Origin: Bacteroidota bacterium
GTDB lineage: Bacteria; Bacteroidota; Bacteroidia; Bacteroidales; JAGNHN01
Assembly (NCBI GenBank): GCA_022710185.1
Contig: JAKLHK010000001.1
Span: 632-64,631, forward strand
Direction of reading: 5' to 3'
Length of the DNA: 64,000 nt
A model generated the notes under the pieces. The model was not told the origin of the DNA. It worked only from the letters and a program-made list of their open reading frames with translations, and did not search any database. The translations under genes were made by a program, and so were the position numbers. Shown one piece after another: positions 39,012-48,130 of the stretch (positions within the stretch are counted from its first letter, which is position 1; the number at the start of each line of letters is the position of its first letter).

Positions 39012-42000
39012 CTAAATCTTTCCGTCAGAAATATCGAAGAACCGCTCAAAGAAGCGCGTCAACCTTTCCAACACGCTCTCACGTTTCTGAGATCGCTCAC
39101 CTCCTGGGGAGAAGCGGGAAACAGGCGGTAAAACTTTAGCCAATGCTGTTCCAGTGGTTGCCAGGCTACCGTTACGAAAAGCATTGCGCACAAATTTATA
39201 CGTTTCGTCGTGATCAAGATTTTCCCTTTCGATGATCTCTTCCAGCTCCTCTATCCTCTTCTTCTCAACATACTTCTGCCAGTCTTCTTCCACCACCGAG
39301 TGAATATCAAGGGATGCAATGAACTGGTCGATAAGGTCCTTCTTATTGCGCAACTCTACGCTTGAGTCGATGGCCTTGTTAATGTCCACAAGCAATTCAC
39401 GGTTCTTGATGTGGTCTTCGTGGTATTTCTTAACAAGTCCTAAGATGTAGTCAATATTGATCTCTATCTGTTTGATGAGCTCCATTTCGAAGACGAGATC
39501 ATCGTTGATGTATTCCTTCTCGCTATCCAGAGGTTTCCGGAATTCATTATAGAGATCAATGTAGGCACTGTGGTAGTCCTGAATGTCACGCTCTGTTAAA
39601 ATCTCATTCCCAGTGAATTCATCGAAAGTTCCGAGGATATTTCTCACTCTTAGGATCGCGCTGTAGAGGCGGATGAAGTCCTTTTTATCCTGTTCCCCGA
39701 GAATGCGTTCGCCTACCGGAAATTTTCCCAGAAGCTCCTCCACCAGGCTGCGGTATCCACGGACTACCTTTTCCCCGTCTTTATATCCGTTGTAGTACTC
39801 CTCATACGTCTTTAAAAGCACGATTCCGCTGGCTTCCTTATCACCAAAAAGGGCAATAGATTCATTCGTCGCTTTCTCCAGATTACGGAAGCAAACTATA
39901 TTGCCAAAGGTCTTTACCGTATTCAGTATGCGGTTTGTGCGAGAGAATGCCTGCAACAGGCCGTGCAGACGCAGGTTTTTATCTACCCATAATGTATTGA
40001 GTGTTTTAGCATCAAAGCCAGTAAGAAACATATTGACCACCAGTAAAATATCAATTTCCCGGTTTTTAACCCGTTCACTTACATCCTTATAGTAATTCTG
40101 AAATTTGTCGGAAGAAGTATCGTAGGATGTGCCGAACATTGCGTTATAATCCTGGATGGCCTTCTCCAGGAAATCCCTTGAGCTTTGATCCAAACCGCTG
40201 GTGTCCTCTGAATTCTCATCCAGCATCCCGTCTGGTTCTTCCTCGTTTACACCAAAACTGTAGATAATCGCAATTTTGAGCTTTTTATCACTGGGCGCGC
40301 CATCAAGCTGTCTTTGGAATTCAACGTAATACCTTATGGCAGCATCTATGGACGAAACGGCGAAGATGGAGTTAAAGCCGGATAGGCGGATTTTCTCCAT
40401 AATCCTTTCAACCTTCGACCTGTCCTTCGAGGTAACGATCTCATTGATATTTCTGGTGACACTATGGGCGAAGAACTTGCTGTTGCGCTTGGTTTTCTGA
40501 TTAAAATGTTCAATTATGTACTGCACAATATTCGATAGACGCTCCGGAGCAGCAAGCACTGCCTCACGGTCGATGTCGCTTACTTTCTTGTCCTCAATGT
40601 CTTCGGCTTCGCGCACGGTAGAGATGTAATCCACCTTGAAAGGCAGGACATTTTTATCGGCTATGGCGTCAACAATAGTATAGGTGTGTAATTTATCACC
40701 AAAGGCCTGGGCGGTGGTCTTGAAACCTGGCCGCCCGCCGGAAGAGGAATTTACAGCAAAGATCGGCGTACCGGTGAAACCAAATAGATGATAGTTCTTG
40801 AACGCCCTGGTAATGGCGGCGTGCATTTCGCCAAACTGCGAGCGGTGGCATTCATCAAAAATCAGCACGATATGGCCATCAAAAATATTATGCCTTGCGT
40901 TACGGCCAATGAACCGATCGAGTTTTTGAATGGTGGTGATGATGATGCGTGCATTGGCATCTTCAAGCTGGCGCTTTAATATCGCTGTACTGGTATTGCT
41001 GTTGGCCGCACCTTTCTCGAATTTGTCGTATTCGAGCATTGTCTGATAATCGAGGTCTTTGCGGTCAACAATAAAAAGTACTTTGTCGACATAGGGCAAT
41101 TTACTTGCCAATTGGGCGGTTTTGAAACTGGTCAGGGTTTTGCCTGAGCCGGTAGTGTGCCAGATGTAACCACCGGCCTCCACTGTTCCGAGCTTTTTAT
41201 AGTTAGTGCTTGTCTCGATCCTGCTCAGTATCTTCTCGGTGGCCACGATCTGATAGGGCCGCATCGCCAGAAGCTGTTTGTCGGTGGTAAACACGCAGTA
41301 GCGCGTGAGGATATTTAGCAGCGCGTGTTTTGCAAAAAAGGTTTTTGTAAAATCAACAAGATCGGTAATGGGTCGGTTGGTTGCGTCGGCCCACCAACTG
41401 GTAAACTCAAAGCTGTTGCTGCTTCGTTTGCCTTTATTGATGGCGCCCGGCAATGATTCCCTGATGTGTTCCGCGCGCGTGGTATTGCTGTAGTATTTGG
41501 TGTGTGTGCCGTTGGAGATGACGAATATCTGCACGTACTCAAAAAGCCCGGAGCCTGCCCAGAAACTCTCGCGTTGATATCGGTTGATCTGATTAAATGC
41601 TTCCTGTATGGCTACGCCTCGCCGTTTAAGCTCGATATGCACCAGCGGAAGGCCGTTCACCAGCACCGTTACATCGTAGCGGTTGGTTCTTTGGCCGTTT
41701 GCGGTGGCAAATTGGTTGATCACCTGAACACGGTTTTCGTGGATCTTGTCTTTGCGAAGCAGATGGATATTTTTGACAGTGCCATCGTCGCGCTTCAGAT
41801 TTTTGATGTAGTCTTCCTGAATGGTAAGTGTTTTGTCGGCAATGTTCTGATTGGGATTGGCAATCTCGCCGGTAAAAAACCTGTCCCATTCGGTATCCGA
41901 AAACGTGATATCATTAAGCTTTTCAAGCTTTTGACGTAGATTGAGCACCAGATCGGCCTCAGATGAAATGGGCAGATACTCATAGGCCTGTGATTGCAAC

Positions 42001-42134
42001 TGCTCAATAAAGGTGTGTTCCAGTTCGGCTTCGCTCTGGTACGACTTCGCGGCGCGATAAGCGGGTGTGTATTCGGCCAGCACAGTGCTTTGCGGATTTT
42101 CCGCAACCAAGTTGTATCGGGTACTAACTGGCAT
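39012..42134 (-). CDS. hsdR: Type I restriction endonuclease subunit R
   Basis: 1040 aa with SF2 helicase motifs (HTTGSGKTLTS, LIFDECHRSQFG, FTGTPIF) and type I HsdR N- and C-terminal regions. It overlaps hsdS by 11 nt. Confidence 0.92.
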   Translation of the reverse strand: MPVSTRYNLVAENPQSTVLAEYTPAYRAAKSYQSEAELEHTFIEQLQSQAYEYLPISSEADLVLNLRQKLEKLNDITFSDTEWDRFFTGEIANPNQNIADKTLTIQEDYIKNLKRDDGTVKNIHLLRKDKIHENRVQVINQFATANGQRTNRYDVTVLVNGLPLVHIELKRRGVAIQEAFNQINRYQRESFWAGSGLFEYVQIFVISNGTHTKYYSNTTRAEHIRESLPGAINKGKRSSNSFEFTSWWADATNRPITDLVDFTKTFFAKHALLNILTRYCVFTTDKQLLAMRPYQIVATEKILSRIETSTNYKKLGTVEAGGYIWHTTGSGKTLTSFKTAQLASKLPYVDKVLFIVDRKDLDYQTMLEYDKFEKGAANSNTSTAILKRQLEDANARIIITTIQKLDRFIGRNARHNIFDGHIVLIFDECHRSQFGEMHAAITRAFKNYHLFGFTGTPIFAVNSSSGGRPGFKTTAQAFGDKLHTYTIVDAIADKNVLPFKVDYISTVREAEDIEDKKVSDIDREAVLAAPERLSNIVQYIIEHFNQKTKRNSKFFAHSVTRNINEIVTSKDRSKVERIMEKIRLSGFNSIFAVSSIDAAIRYYVEFQRQLDGAPSDKKLKIAIIYSFGVNEEEPDGMLDENSEDTSGLDQSSRDFLEKAIQDYNAMFGTSYDTSSDKFQNYYKDVSERVKNREIDILLVVNMFLTGFDAKTLNTLWVDKNLRLHGLLQAFSRTNRILNTVKTFGNIVCFRNLEKATNESIALFGDKEASGIVLLKTYEEYYNGYKDGEKVVRGYRSLVEELLGKFPVGERILGEQDKKDFIRLYSAILRVRNILGTFDEFTGNEILTERDIQDYHSAYIDLYNEFRKPLDSEKEYINDDLVFEMELIKQIEINIDYILGLVKKYHEDHIKNRELLVDINKAIDSSVELRNKKDLIDQFIASLDIHSVVEEDWQKYVEKKRIEELEEIIERENLDHDETYKFVRNAFRNGSLATTGTALAKVLPPVSRFSPGGERSQKRESVLERLTRFFERFFDISDGKI

Positions 42135-43368
42135 TCTCTAATGGCTTAAATGTTAGCAGTTTGTTCCGGTAGTATTCGTATTGTTTGCGCCGGGCATTGA
42201 GTTCCGCCGGTAGGCCGGCAGAAATGTCGTTCACCAATGCGTCGAATTTATCGAGAATAGCCACAATGCGTTCTTGTTCGGCAAGGGGCGGGATGGGAAT
42301 TTTAATTTTTGTCAGATTATCATTATAAAGCCTTTGGATTGTACCGCCTTCAGTTTTCCATTCAATGATTGCGTACAAGTAATACAAGAATCTATTTAAC
42401 ACCTTTCTCTCGTCATTATCGATCCAAATAATATTTGAATCTTGAAAATATGCAGGCTCACCATTGTATATTACGCGGCGTCCAATTGTTCCAGACGCTG
42501 ATAACAGCACATCGCCCTTCTTTGGAAAAGAGAATTTTCTGCGATATTTATTAAAAACCTCTTGTGATATAAAAGCATTTGGCTGTTTGCCAAAGGTTCC
42601 AATTTTATAGAATGGGATATCACCACTCGTTAATGTTTCATTCTTAAAAATTCGTTTACACATAGATACTCTTCCTATCTCTCCCAACGCCCTCCACTCC
42701 ACATCATTCCCAAAGCTCAGCAGCTCCTCCCGATAGTGCTCATATTGCTTTTTTCGCGATTCCAGCTCCGCTTCCAGCTCCGCTTCCAGCTCCGCTTCCA
42801 GCGTGGTGAAGGTGTCCAGGATTCTTACGATCTCGTGCTGGATAGGGAGGGGGGGGATGGGGATGAGAATTTTCGAAAAGCGCTTTTTTGAGATATTAAA
42901 TCGTGTTACACCGCTGGCGGTATTCGCAATTTGATTCCTTATCTGTTCAGCTCTAAACAGATACTTTGAAAATCCTGGAAGAAGTACATTGGTGACATTA
43001 AAACGAAAACCAAAACAGAAGCTATTCAAATACAATGGTTCATCTGTCGTTGTTGTTAAAACAGAAGACATTCCACACTCATCTGGTGTTTCAGATGAGC
43101 CTGTAAACAGTACATCACCATATTCAATTCTGTTTTGCTTTTCGTCTTTGCCTATTCTTACAAAAACATCAATGTCAGTATCGAGGGAGATATTAGAATA
43201 GATATTCAGATAGGTTACAAGTTTTGCGTTACCATTATTAAAGTCGTTCTTGTTTTTTCCGGTTAGTCCCCCATAAAAATTGCCTAATAATCCCAGTTCC
43301 TTAAATACCACTCCCTCCGGGCAGAGCTCAGCAATCAGCTTTTCTATTTTATTCAAAGGCTTATTCAT
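42124..43368 (-). CDS. hsdS: Type I R-M specificity subunit S
   Basis: 414 aa with two target-recognition domains. These are separated by the central helix (TTLEAELEAELEAELESRKKQYEHYREELLSF) and closed by a C-terminal helix (LNARRKQYEYYRNKLLTF). Confidence 0.9.
   Translation of the reverse strand: MNKPLNKIEKLIAELCPEGVVFKELGLLGNFYGGLTGKNKNDFNNGNAKLVTYLNIYSNISLDTDIDVFVRIGKDEKQNRIEYGDVLFTGSSETPDECGMSSVLTTTTDEPLYLNSFCFGFRFNVTNVLLPGFSKYLFRAEQIRNQIANTASGVTRFNISKKRFSKILIPIPPLPIQHEIVRILDTFTTLEAELEAELEAELESRKKQYEHYREELLSFGNDVEWRALGEIGRVSMCKRIFKNETLTSGDIPFYKIGTFGKQPNAFISQEVFNKYRRKFSFPKKGDVLLSASGTIGRRVIYNGEPAYFQDSNIIWIDNDERKVLNRFLYYLYAIIEWKTEGGTIQRLYNDNLTKIKIPIPPLAEQERIVAILDKFDALVNDISAGLPAELNARRKQYEYYRNKLLTFKPLENAS
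42760..42801 (-). repeat. 12-nt tandem repeat x3.5 encoding (LEAE)n in the HsdS central helix
   Basis: TTCCAGCTCCGC occurs three times plus TTCCAG on the plus strand, and reads LEAELEAELEAELE on the coding strand. Confidence 0.9.
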
Positions 43369-44401
43369 TATCTTTCTCCTTGGCTGATTCTGAAATTCTG
43401 CTGCCTTTCTTCAGCTTCTTTTCGGCCTTTCCCAGTGTTTCCAGGTAGGAACGTTCCACCGCGCTGAGGGTTGCCGACTGGTATTTCCTGTATTCTGTCT
43501 CGGCCTTGTGTATTGCCTGATCGTGGCTTACACCGCCTGCGTTCTCCAGCAATTTCCCGTCGAAGCTCAGGATGAGCCTGTCCAATTGTGCGATCCAGTC
43601 CTTCATATACATTGCTTCCTGGTTCAGCGCTTTAAGCTCTGCAAGGTCAAAGTAGGCTGAAACGATGTTGTTGAGCTTTTTGAGCTCGTTTTCGGTGAGA
43701 TAGTTTTTGGCGATGCTGATATCTTTCCGGGTGACTTCTCCGCCGGAAAAGGTAAGCAGTCCCATAAACGGCTGCCCGGCATCGGCGCGCTTTGCGATCA
43801 CCTCGGCGGCAGTATGTCCGTGAGCGGCATAATGCAGCTTGTTCTGCACTATCCTGAAAAACTGTATGGACTCTTTGGTGTTAGGATCGTAATCAAGGCT
43901 GGTGGCGTAAAGATCCAGCACCTGGCGGTAGAGGACCTTCTCGCTGCTACGGATATCGCGTATGCGGTCGAGCAGCTCCTTCCAGTAATTTCCGCCTCCT
44001 GTGCCCTTGAGCCGCTCATCATCCATAGTGAAGCCCTTGACCAGGTACTCCTTAAGACGTGCAGTGGCCCAGATTCGAAATTTCGTAGCTATATGAGATT
44101 TTATGCGGTAACCGACAGAAATAATAGCATCCAGGTTATAGAACTTATGTTTTCGCTCAACCTTTCTTGTACCCTCATACTGAACTTGTAAAAATTCCTT
44201 ACACGTTGCTTCCTCCTGAAGTTCAGCTTCATCAAAAATATTCTTCAGGTGTATGGTAATGTTCTGAGGTGTAGTGTGAAACAGTTCGGCCATCATCTTT
44301 TGCGTGAGCCAAACATTCTCATTCTCCAGGCGGACCTCAATTTTTGTTGTGTCGTCATTATCCTGATAAAGAATGAGTTCCCCTTTGTTCTCTTCTCTCA
44401 T
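43361..44401 (-). CDS. rhuM: RhuM-family protein embedded in the hsd operon
   Basis: 346 aa. N-terminus LILYQDNDDTTKIEVRLENENVWLTQKMMAELFHTTPQNITIHLKNIF and FYNLDAIISVGYRIKS are typical of the RhuM family. It has an ATGA overlap with hsdM and an 8-nt overlap with hsdS. Confidence 0.8.
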   Translation of the reverse strand: MREENKGELILYQDNDDTTKIEVRLENENVWLTQKMMAELFHTTPQNITIHLKNIFDEAELQEEATCKEFLQVQYEGTRKVERKHKFYNLDAIISVGYRIKSHIATKFRIWATARLKEYLVKGFTMDDERLKGTGGGNYWKELLDRIRDIRSSEKVLYRQVLDLYATSLDYDPNTKESIQFFRIVQNKLHYAAHGHTAAEVIAKRADAGQPFMGLLTFSGGEVTRKDISIAKNYLTENELKKLNNIVSAYFDLAELKALNQEAMYMKDWIAQLDRLILSFDGKLLENAGGVSHDQAIHKAETEYRKYQSATLSAVERSYLETLGKAEKKLKKGSRISESAKEKDNE

Positions 44402-45978
44402 TGCTTGCCCCTTTCCAGATCTGCAACTATTTCGTCAATTGCTTCGCGCAGTTCGTTTTGCCGGGCCACAATACCGGCGATCTCAGCATTGAGCTTCATA
44501 ATGTCGATCACTTCGCGGGTGTCTTCCTGGGCTACATAGCTTGATACGGCTATATTGTAGTCGTTTTCTCCTATTTCTTTATTATCCACCAGCCTGGCAA
44601 AATGCGCGATGTCGGCGCGTGCCATAAACGCCTTCAGTATTCGCGTGCGGTTCTCCTCGCTCAATTTGTTTTTGTTTCCTCCGCGTACAAATTCTGCCGA
44701 GGCATCGATAAAGAAGGTTTTATTGTCCTTCTTGCTCTTTTTCAGCACAATAATGCAGGTTGCGATGGTAGTACCGAAGAAGAGGTCGGGTGGAAGCTGG
44801 ATTACGGCATCGATGTAGTTGTTGTCCACCAGATACTTGCGGATCTTCTGTTCAGCGCCGCCGCGGTAGAGCACGCCGGGAAACTCAACGATAGCCGCTG
44901 TGCCGCTGGTAGAAAGCCAGGAGAGCATATGCATCGTAAAGGCCAGGTCGGCCTTGCTCTTGGGTGCCAAAACGCCCGCCGGCGAGAAGCGTGGATCATT
45001 GATCAACAGCGGATTACTGTCGCCTTCCCACTTGATGGAATAGGGCGGATTGGAGACAATGGCATCAAAGGGCTCGTCATCCCAGTGCCTGGGATCCATC
45101 AGGGTATCGCCGAGAGCAATATCAAAGTGATTAAAGTTGATGTCGTGCAGGAACATATTGATCCGGCAGAGGTTATAGATTGTAAGGTTACTTTCCTGTC
45201 CAAAGAATCCTTGCCGCACGTTTTCCTTACCAAGAACCTTGACGAACTTCAGCAGCAGGGAACCTGAGCCGCAGGCCGGGTCATACACCTTGTTTACTTC
45301 CTTTTTCCCGACTGTGGTAATTTCGGCAAGCAGTTCGCTGACTTCCTGCGGCGTAAAAAATTCCCCGCCCGACTTGCCCGCATTGGCAGCATACATTGTC
45401 ATCAGAAACTCATAGGCATCGCCGAAGGCGTCAATCGTATTGTCGTAATAATTACCGAGTCGAAGATCGCCTATGGCTTCCAGAAGCTTAACCAGTTTTT
45501 GGTTTCGCTTTTCCACCGTATTGCCAAGTTTACTGGCATTCACGTCGAGATCATCAAACAGACCTTTGAGGTCATCTTCGCTATCTGCTCCCTTGGCTGA
45601 GCTTTCTATGTTGCGGAATATGGTAGCGAGGGTTTCGTTGAGGTTAGCATCGTTGCGGGCCCTGACCCTCACATTCACAAAAAGCTCGCTGGGCAGGATA
45701 TAGAACCCCTTTTCCCTTACCGTGTCAAGGCGTCCGAATTCCGCCTGAGTATCCGAAAGTTTGGCGTAATCAAAATCCTTCCTGCCGCTGCGCCTCTCGT
45801 CTTCATTGATGTAGCTTGTAAGATTCTCGCTGATGAAGCGGTAAAAAAGCATCCCCAGAACATATTGCTTGAAATCCCAGCCGTCCACGCTGCCGCGCAG
45901 GTCGTTGGCGATCTGCCAGATGGCGCGGTGCAGTTCGGCGCGTTCTTGTTCTTTGGTGATATTATTATTGTTTGCCAT
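44398..45978 (-). CDS. hsdM: Type I R-M DNA methyltransferase subunit M
   Basis: Track ORF 44398..46044, started at MANNNNITKEQERAELHRAIWQIANDLRG (ATG 45978). It has the SAM motif DPACGSG and the catalytic motif SNPPYS. Confidence 0.92.
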   Translation of the reverse strand: MANNNNITKEQERAELHRAIWQIANDLRGSVDGWDFKQYVLGMLFYRFISENLTSYINEDERRSGRKDFDYAKLSDTQAEFGRLDTVREKGFYILPSELFVNVRVRARNDANLNETLATIFRNIESSAKGADSEDDLKGLFDDLDVNASKLGNTVEKRNQKLVKLLEAIGDLRLGNYYDNTIDAFGDAYEFLMTMYAANAGKSGGEFFTPQEVSELLAEITTVGKKEVNKVYDPACGSGSLLLKFVKVLGKENVRQGFFGQESNLTIYNLCRINMFLHDINFNHFDIALGDTLMDPRHWDDEPFDAIVSNPPYSIKWEGDSNPLLINDPRFSPAGVLAPKSKADLAFTMHMLSWLSTSGTAAIVEFPGVLYRGGAEQKIRKYLVDNNYIDAVIQLPPDLFFGTTIATCIIVLKKSKKDNKTFFIDASAEFVRGGNKNKLSEENRTRILKAFMARADIAHFARLVDNKEIGENDYNIAVSSYVAQEDTREVIDIMKLNAEIAGIVARQNELREAIDEIVADLERGKQ

Positions 45979-46025
45979 AGAAATTTTCAGATGTGTCATT
46001 GATATATTGCCTCCGACGGTAATCT

Positions 46026-46033
46026 CAAAAATA
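46026..46033 (-). promoter_or_regulatory. -7 box TATTTTTG (minus strand) for hsdM
   Basis: CAAAAATA on the plus strand, 48 nt upstream of the ATG at 45978. It lies inside the longer track ORF, which supports the shorter start. Confidence 0.45.
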
Positions 46034-46148
46034 GAGAATTCCACTTAAACCAGGTATGACGTGTGAATTCATCCAATCTGCCGGCTTACTTATTATGTTT
46101 TTTACTCTAATAAACGGAATCTTTGTACTAAACGATTGGACAGGTTGC

Positions 46149-47231
46149 CTATTCGTGAAAATACTCCCAGTTACTAAAAGTCAATTCTCTGCCTGATGTG
46201 GGTATACAGGTATAATACTTAATATTTTGTGAGTGGTGTCGGTCAAATATTTTAAAAACTCTTTTCTTAACGTCTTCTGGAGTCCTGATTCCAAAATAGA
46301 TGCCAGTCAAACATTCAATTGGATAGTAGCTAATTCTCTCTTCAGGTTCTTTCTTATCCTTAAAGTTGATTATTATTGCTCGCCACTCCTTTTCGTAAGC
46401 CCAGGGCAATGTCTTTGTCGAAAATACAGATTCTAATTCCCTCGCAAAATTGTGAGTCCAGCTTTTAGTTAAGCCAATTAGATCACAATCGTACTCGTTA
46501 TCAATTACAGGTGCAAATTCAAAAAAATTGATATGCGGTTGATTATCTTGATATTTTACTTTGTGGATTTTTTTCCAAAAAATGGTTTCGCTAATATTCC
46601 AATTAGAGATTGTTTGCAGATATTCTTGGTTATTTGCAATTCTTAGACCTGTCTTTTTGAATGGGAAAAGTTCGTGTTTATCAAGTGTAAATTCTAAACA
46701 AATTCCTGAATGTTTACTGGCATAGTGCGACCACATTAAAAAATCATTTTTGCATTCTGAAAAGCAATTCATATAGCTATTTTCAAAAAACATTTGCGAT
46801 AATCGATTCAGTTCAATTTTTAAATCGATTATTGAAAAGCGACAGGGAATGCAATCAGATGTAGATTGTAGAATACTTTCTAATTCATCTATTGAGATAA
46901 AGCTATGTTTTTTAGCTAGTTGAGTTAATCTGTCGAAAAGTAATGACTTATAATTATTTCGTAATTTTTCATTCTTGTTGAATTCTATAAGGTTTTTATT
47001 ATTCAACTGCTCTAAACCTGTCAATGGATTCTCGTCAATTACTATAGTCGTTTTGAAAAGCAACCCGAGCAAGTTCTCTATTTGCTGTATGTCTGCTGGT
47101 GTAAAATCAATTCTTGCACTTAGGTCCAATGGGTCATTAAGTTCTGAATAGGAAGCAAAGTAAAGTTCTTGATAATACAACTCTTTGAATAATAATTCAT
47201 TTAATGGTCTGTATTTGTATAGTTTTATCAT
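46149..47231 (-). CDS. DUF2971 domain protein
   Basis: 360 aa with LYKYRPLNELLFKELYYQELYFASYSELNDPLDL at the N-terminus, MWSHYASKHSGICLEF in the middle and a YEKEWR block. This is the characteristic DUF2971 pattern. It is the most AT-rich gene in the window. Confidence 0.8.
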   Translation of the reverse strand: MIKLYKYRPLNELLFKELYYQELYFASYSELNDPLDLSARIDFTPADIQQIENLLGLLFKTTIVIDENPLTGLEQLNNKNLIEFNKNEKLRNNYKSLLFDRLTQLAKKHSFISIDELESILQSTSDCIPCRFSIIDLKIELNRLSQMFFENSYMNCFSECKNDFLMWSHYASKHSGICLEFTLDKHELFPFKKTGLRIANNQEYLQTISNWNISETIFWKKIHKVKYQDNQPHINFFEFAPVIDNEYDCDLIGLTKSWTHNFARELESVFSTKTLPWAYEKEWRAIIINFKDKKEPEERISYYPIECLTGIYFGIRTPEDVKKRVFKIFDRHHSQNIKYYTCIPTSGRELTFSNWEYFHE

Positions 47232-47259
47232 TGGTGGTTATCTTATTTCAGGGCGACAT

Positions 47260-47267
47260 CAAATTTA
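47260..47267 (-). promoter_or_regulatory. -7 box TAAATTTG (minus strand) for the DUF2971 gene
   Basis: CAAATTTA on the plus strand, 29 nt upstream of the ATG at 47231. Confidence 0.45.
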
Positions 47268-47475
47268 TCATAATAACGCGCAGAAAAAATGACTTTTGTC
47301 CAATCGCTAGGCAAGATACTCCCAGTCGGAGTGTAATGCAATAGGAAAAGTAAGGATGATGTATGAGCGAGAAAAGCGAGGAAGGGAATATCGGATAAAG
47401 CTTGTCCGCCTACTGGCGGAAACACCTATTATCGTTTGAAGCGCAATGAAGCAGGGAATATCATCCCACCCCCGG

Positions 47476-47997
47476 CTAGAGAAAGAACTTGTTCATCAGC
47501 ATATAATCGATGTTCCCATCCTGCGAATGACAACCTATGCAGGAGCTGCCCTTTTTGGAGGCGGGTTCAGCCACGCTACCATCAGCATTGATGTAACCCC
47601 ATACCCAACCCCTGGCATCCGCGTCAGGGTGGTCCGAATCCTTAAAGAGGATGGCATACCTGGCCCGTGAGTTTGAATTCTCGTATAGCTCTTTAACCAC
47701 CAGGGATCCTTCAGGGAACGCCGCACCGGGCATTATCTTCCCGCTGGAATCCAACTGGGTTGCCGCGGCGGTGTTGTACCAGGTCCTAAGGAAAGGTTGA
47801 GGGTGGCCGCTTCCCGAACTCTTATCCAATAAAGCGCTGGAATTCTTATACCAATGGATCCCACTGGATAACAGTACCATATCGTAGAGCTCCTTGTCAG
47901 TCCCGGCAGCCTCCTTGTCCTTCTTACACGACGAAACGGCCCCTAGGCACAGCAATGTTATGGATATGATAATCAATCTGCTAAACGTATTTCTCAT
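47476..47997 (-). CDS. Cytochrome P460-family haem lipoprotein
   Basis: 173 aa with a lipobox (LGAVSSC), a single CxxCH haem motif near the C-terminus (SSCIGCHSQ) and a FPEGSLVVKE pattern. Confidence 0.6.
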   Translation of the reverse strand: MRNTFSRLIIISITLLCLGAVSSCKKDKEAAGTDKELYDMVLLSSGIHWYKNSSALLDKSSGSGHPQPFLRTWYNTAAATQLDSSGKIMPGAAFPEGSLVVKELYENSNSRARYAILFKDSDHPDADARGWVWGYINADGSVAEPASKKGSSCIGCHSQDGNIDYMLMNKFFL

Positions 47998-48130
47998 CTC
48001 TTCGCATTTTTTAATGATCGAAATATGGCACAGGTCTGCTTAATTCGATTGGGTTAAAGCTGCATCGAAAATAAGTTTGCGCCATTTCGAAGCAAACATA
48101 TAGAATATTGAATATCGAACAAGGATCAAG

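Larger units (their letters stand above)
38940..47475. other. AT-richer defence island (type I R-M + RhuM + DUF2971), with no mobility gene seen
   Basis: Base composition drops visibly compared with both flanks, most extremely over 46.1-47.2 kb. All five genes are on the minus strand. The island sits between tdh and a cytochrome P460 gene. Confidence 0.55.

Noticed and set aside
47243-47425. A 60-aa minus-strand ORF at the island edge, and ORF 38915-39139 at the other edge.
   Set aside because: They have no motifs, no promoter boxes and odd composition. The second overlaps the 3' end of hsdR on the opposite strand.
38940-47475. An integrative mobile element (ICE/prophage remnant) with att repeats.
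   Set aside because: There is no integrase, transposase or relaxase, and I found no direct repeats at the two junctions by eye. I therefore keep it only as a compositional/defence island.
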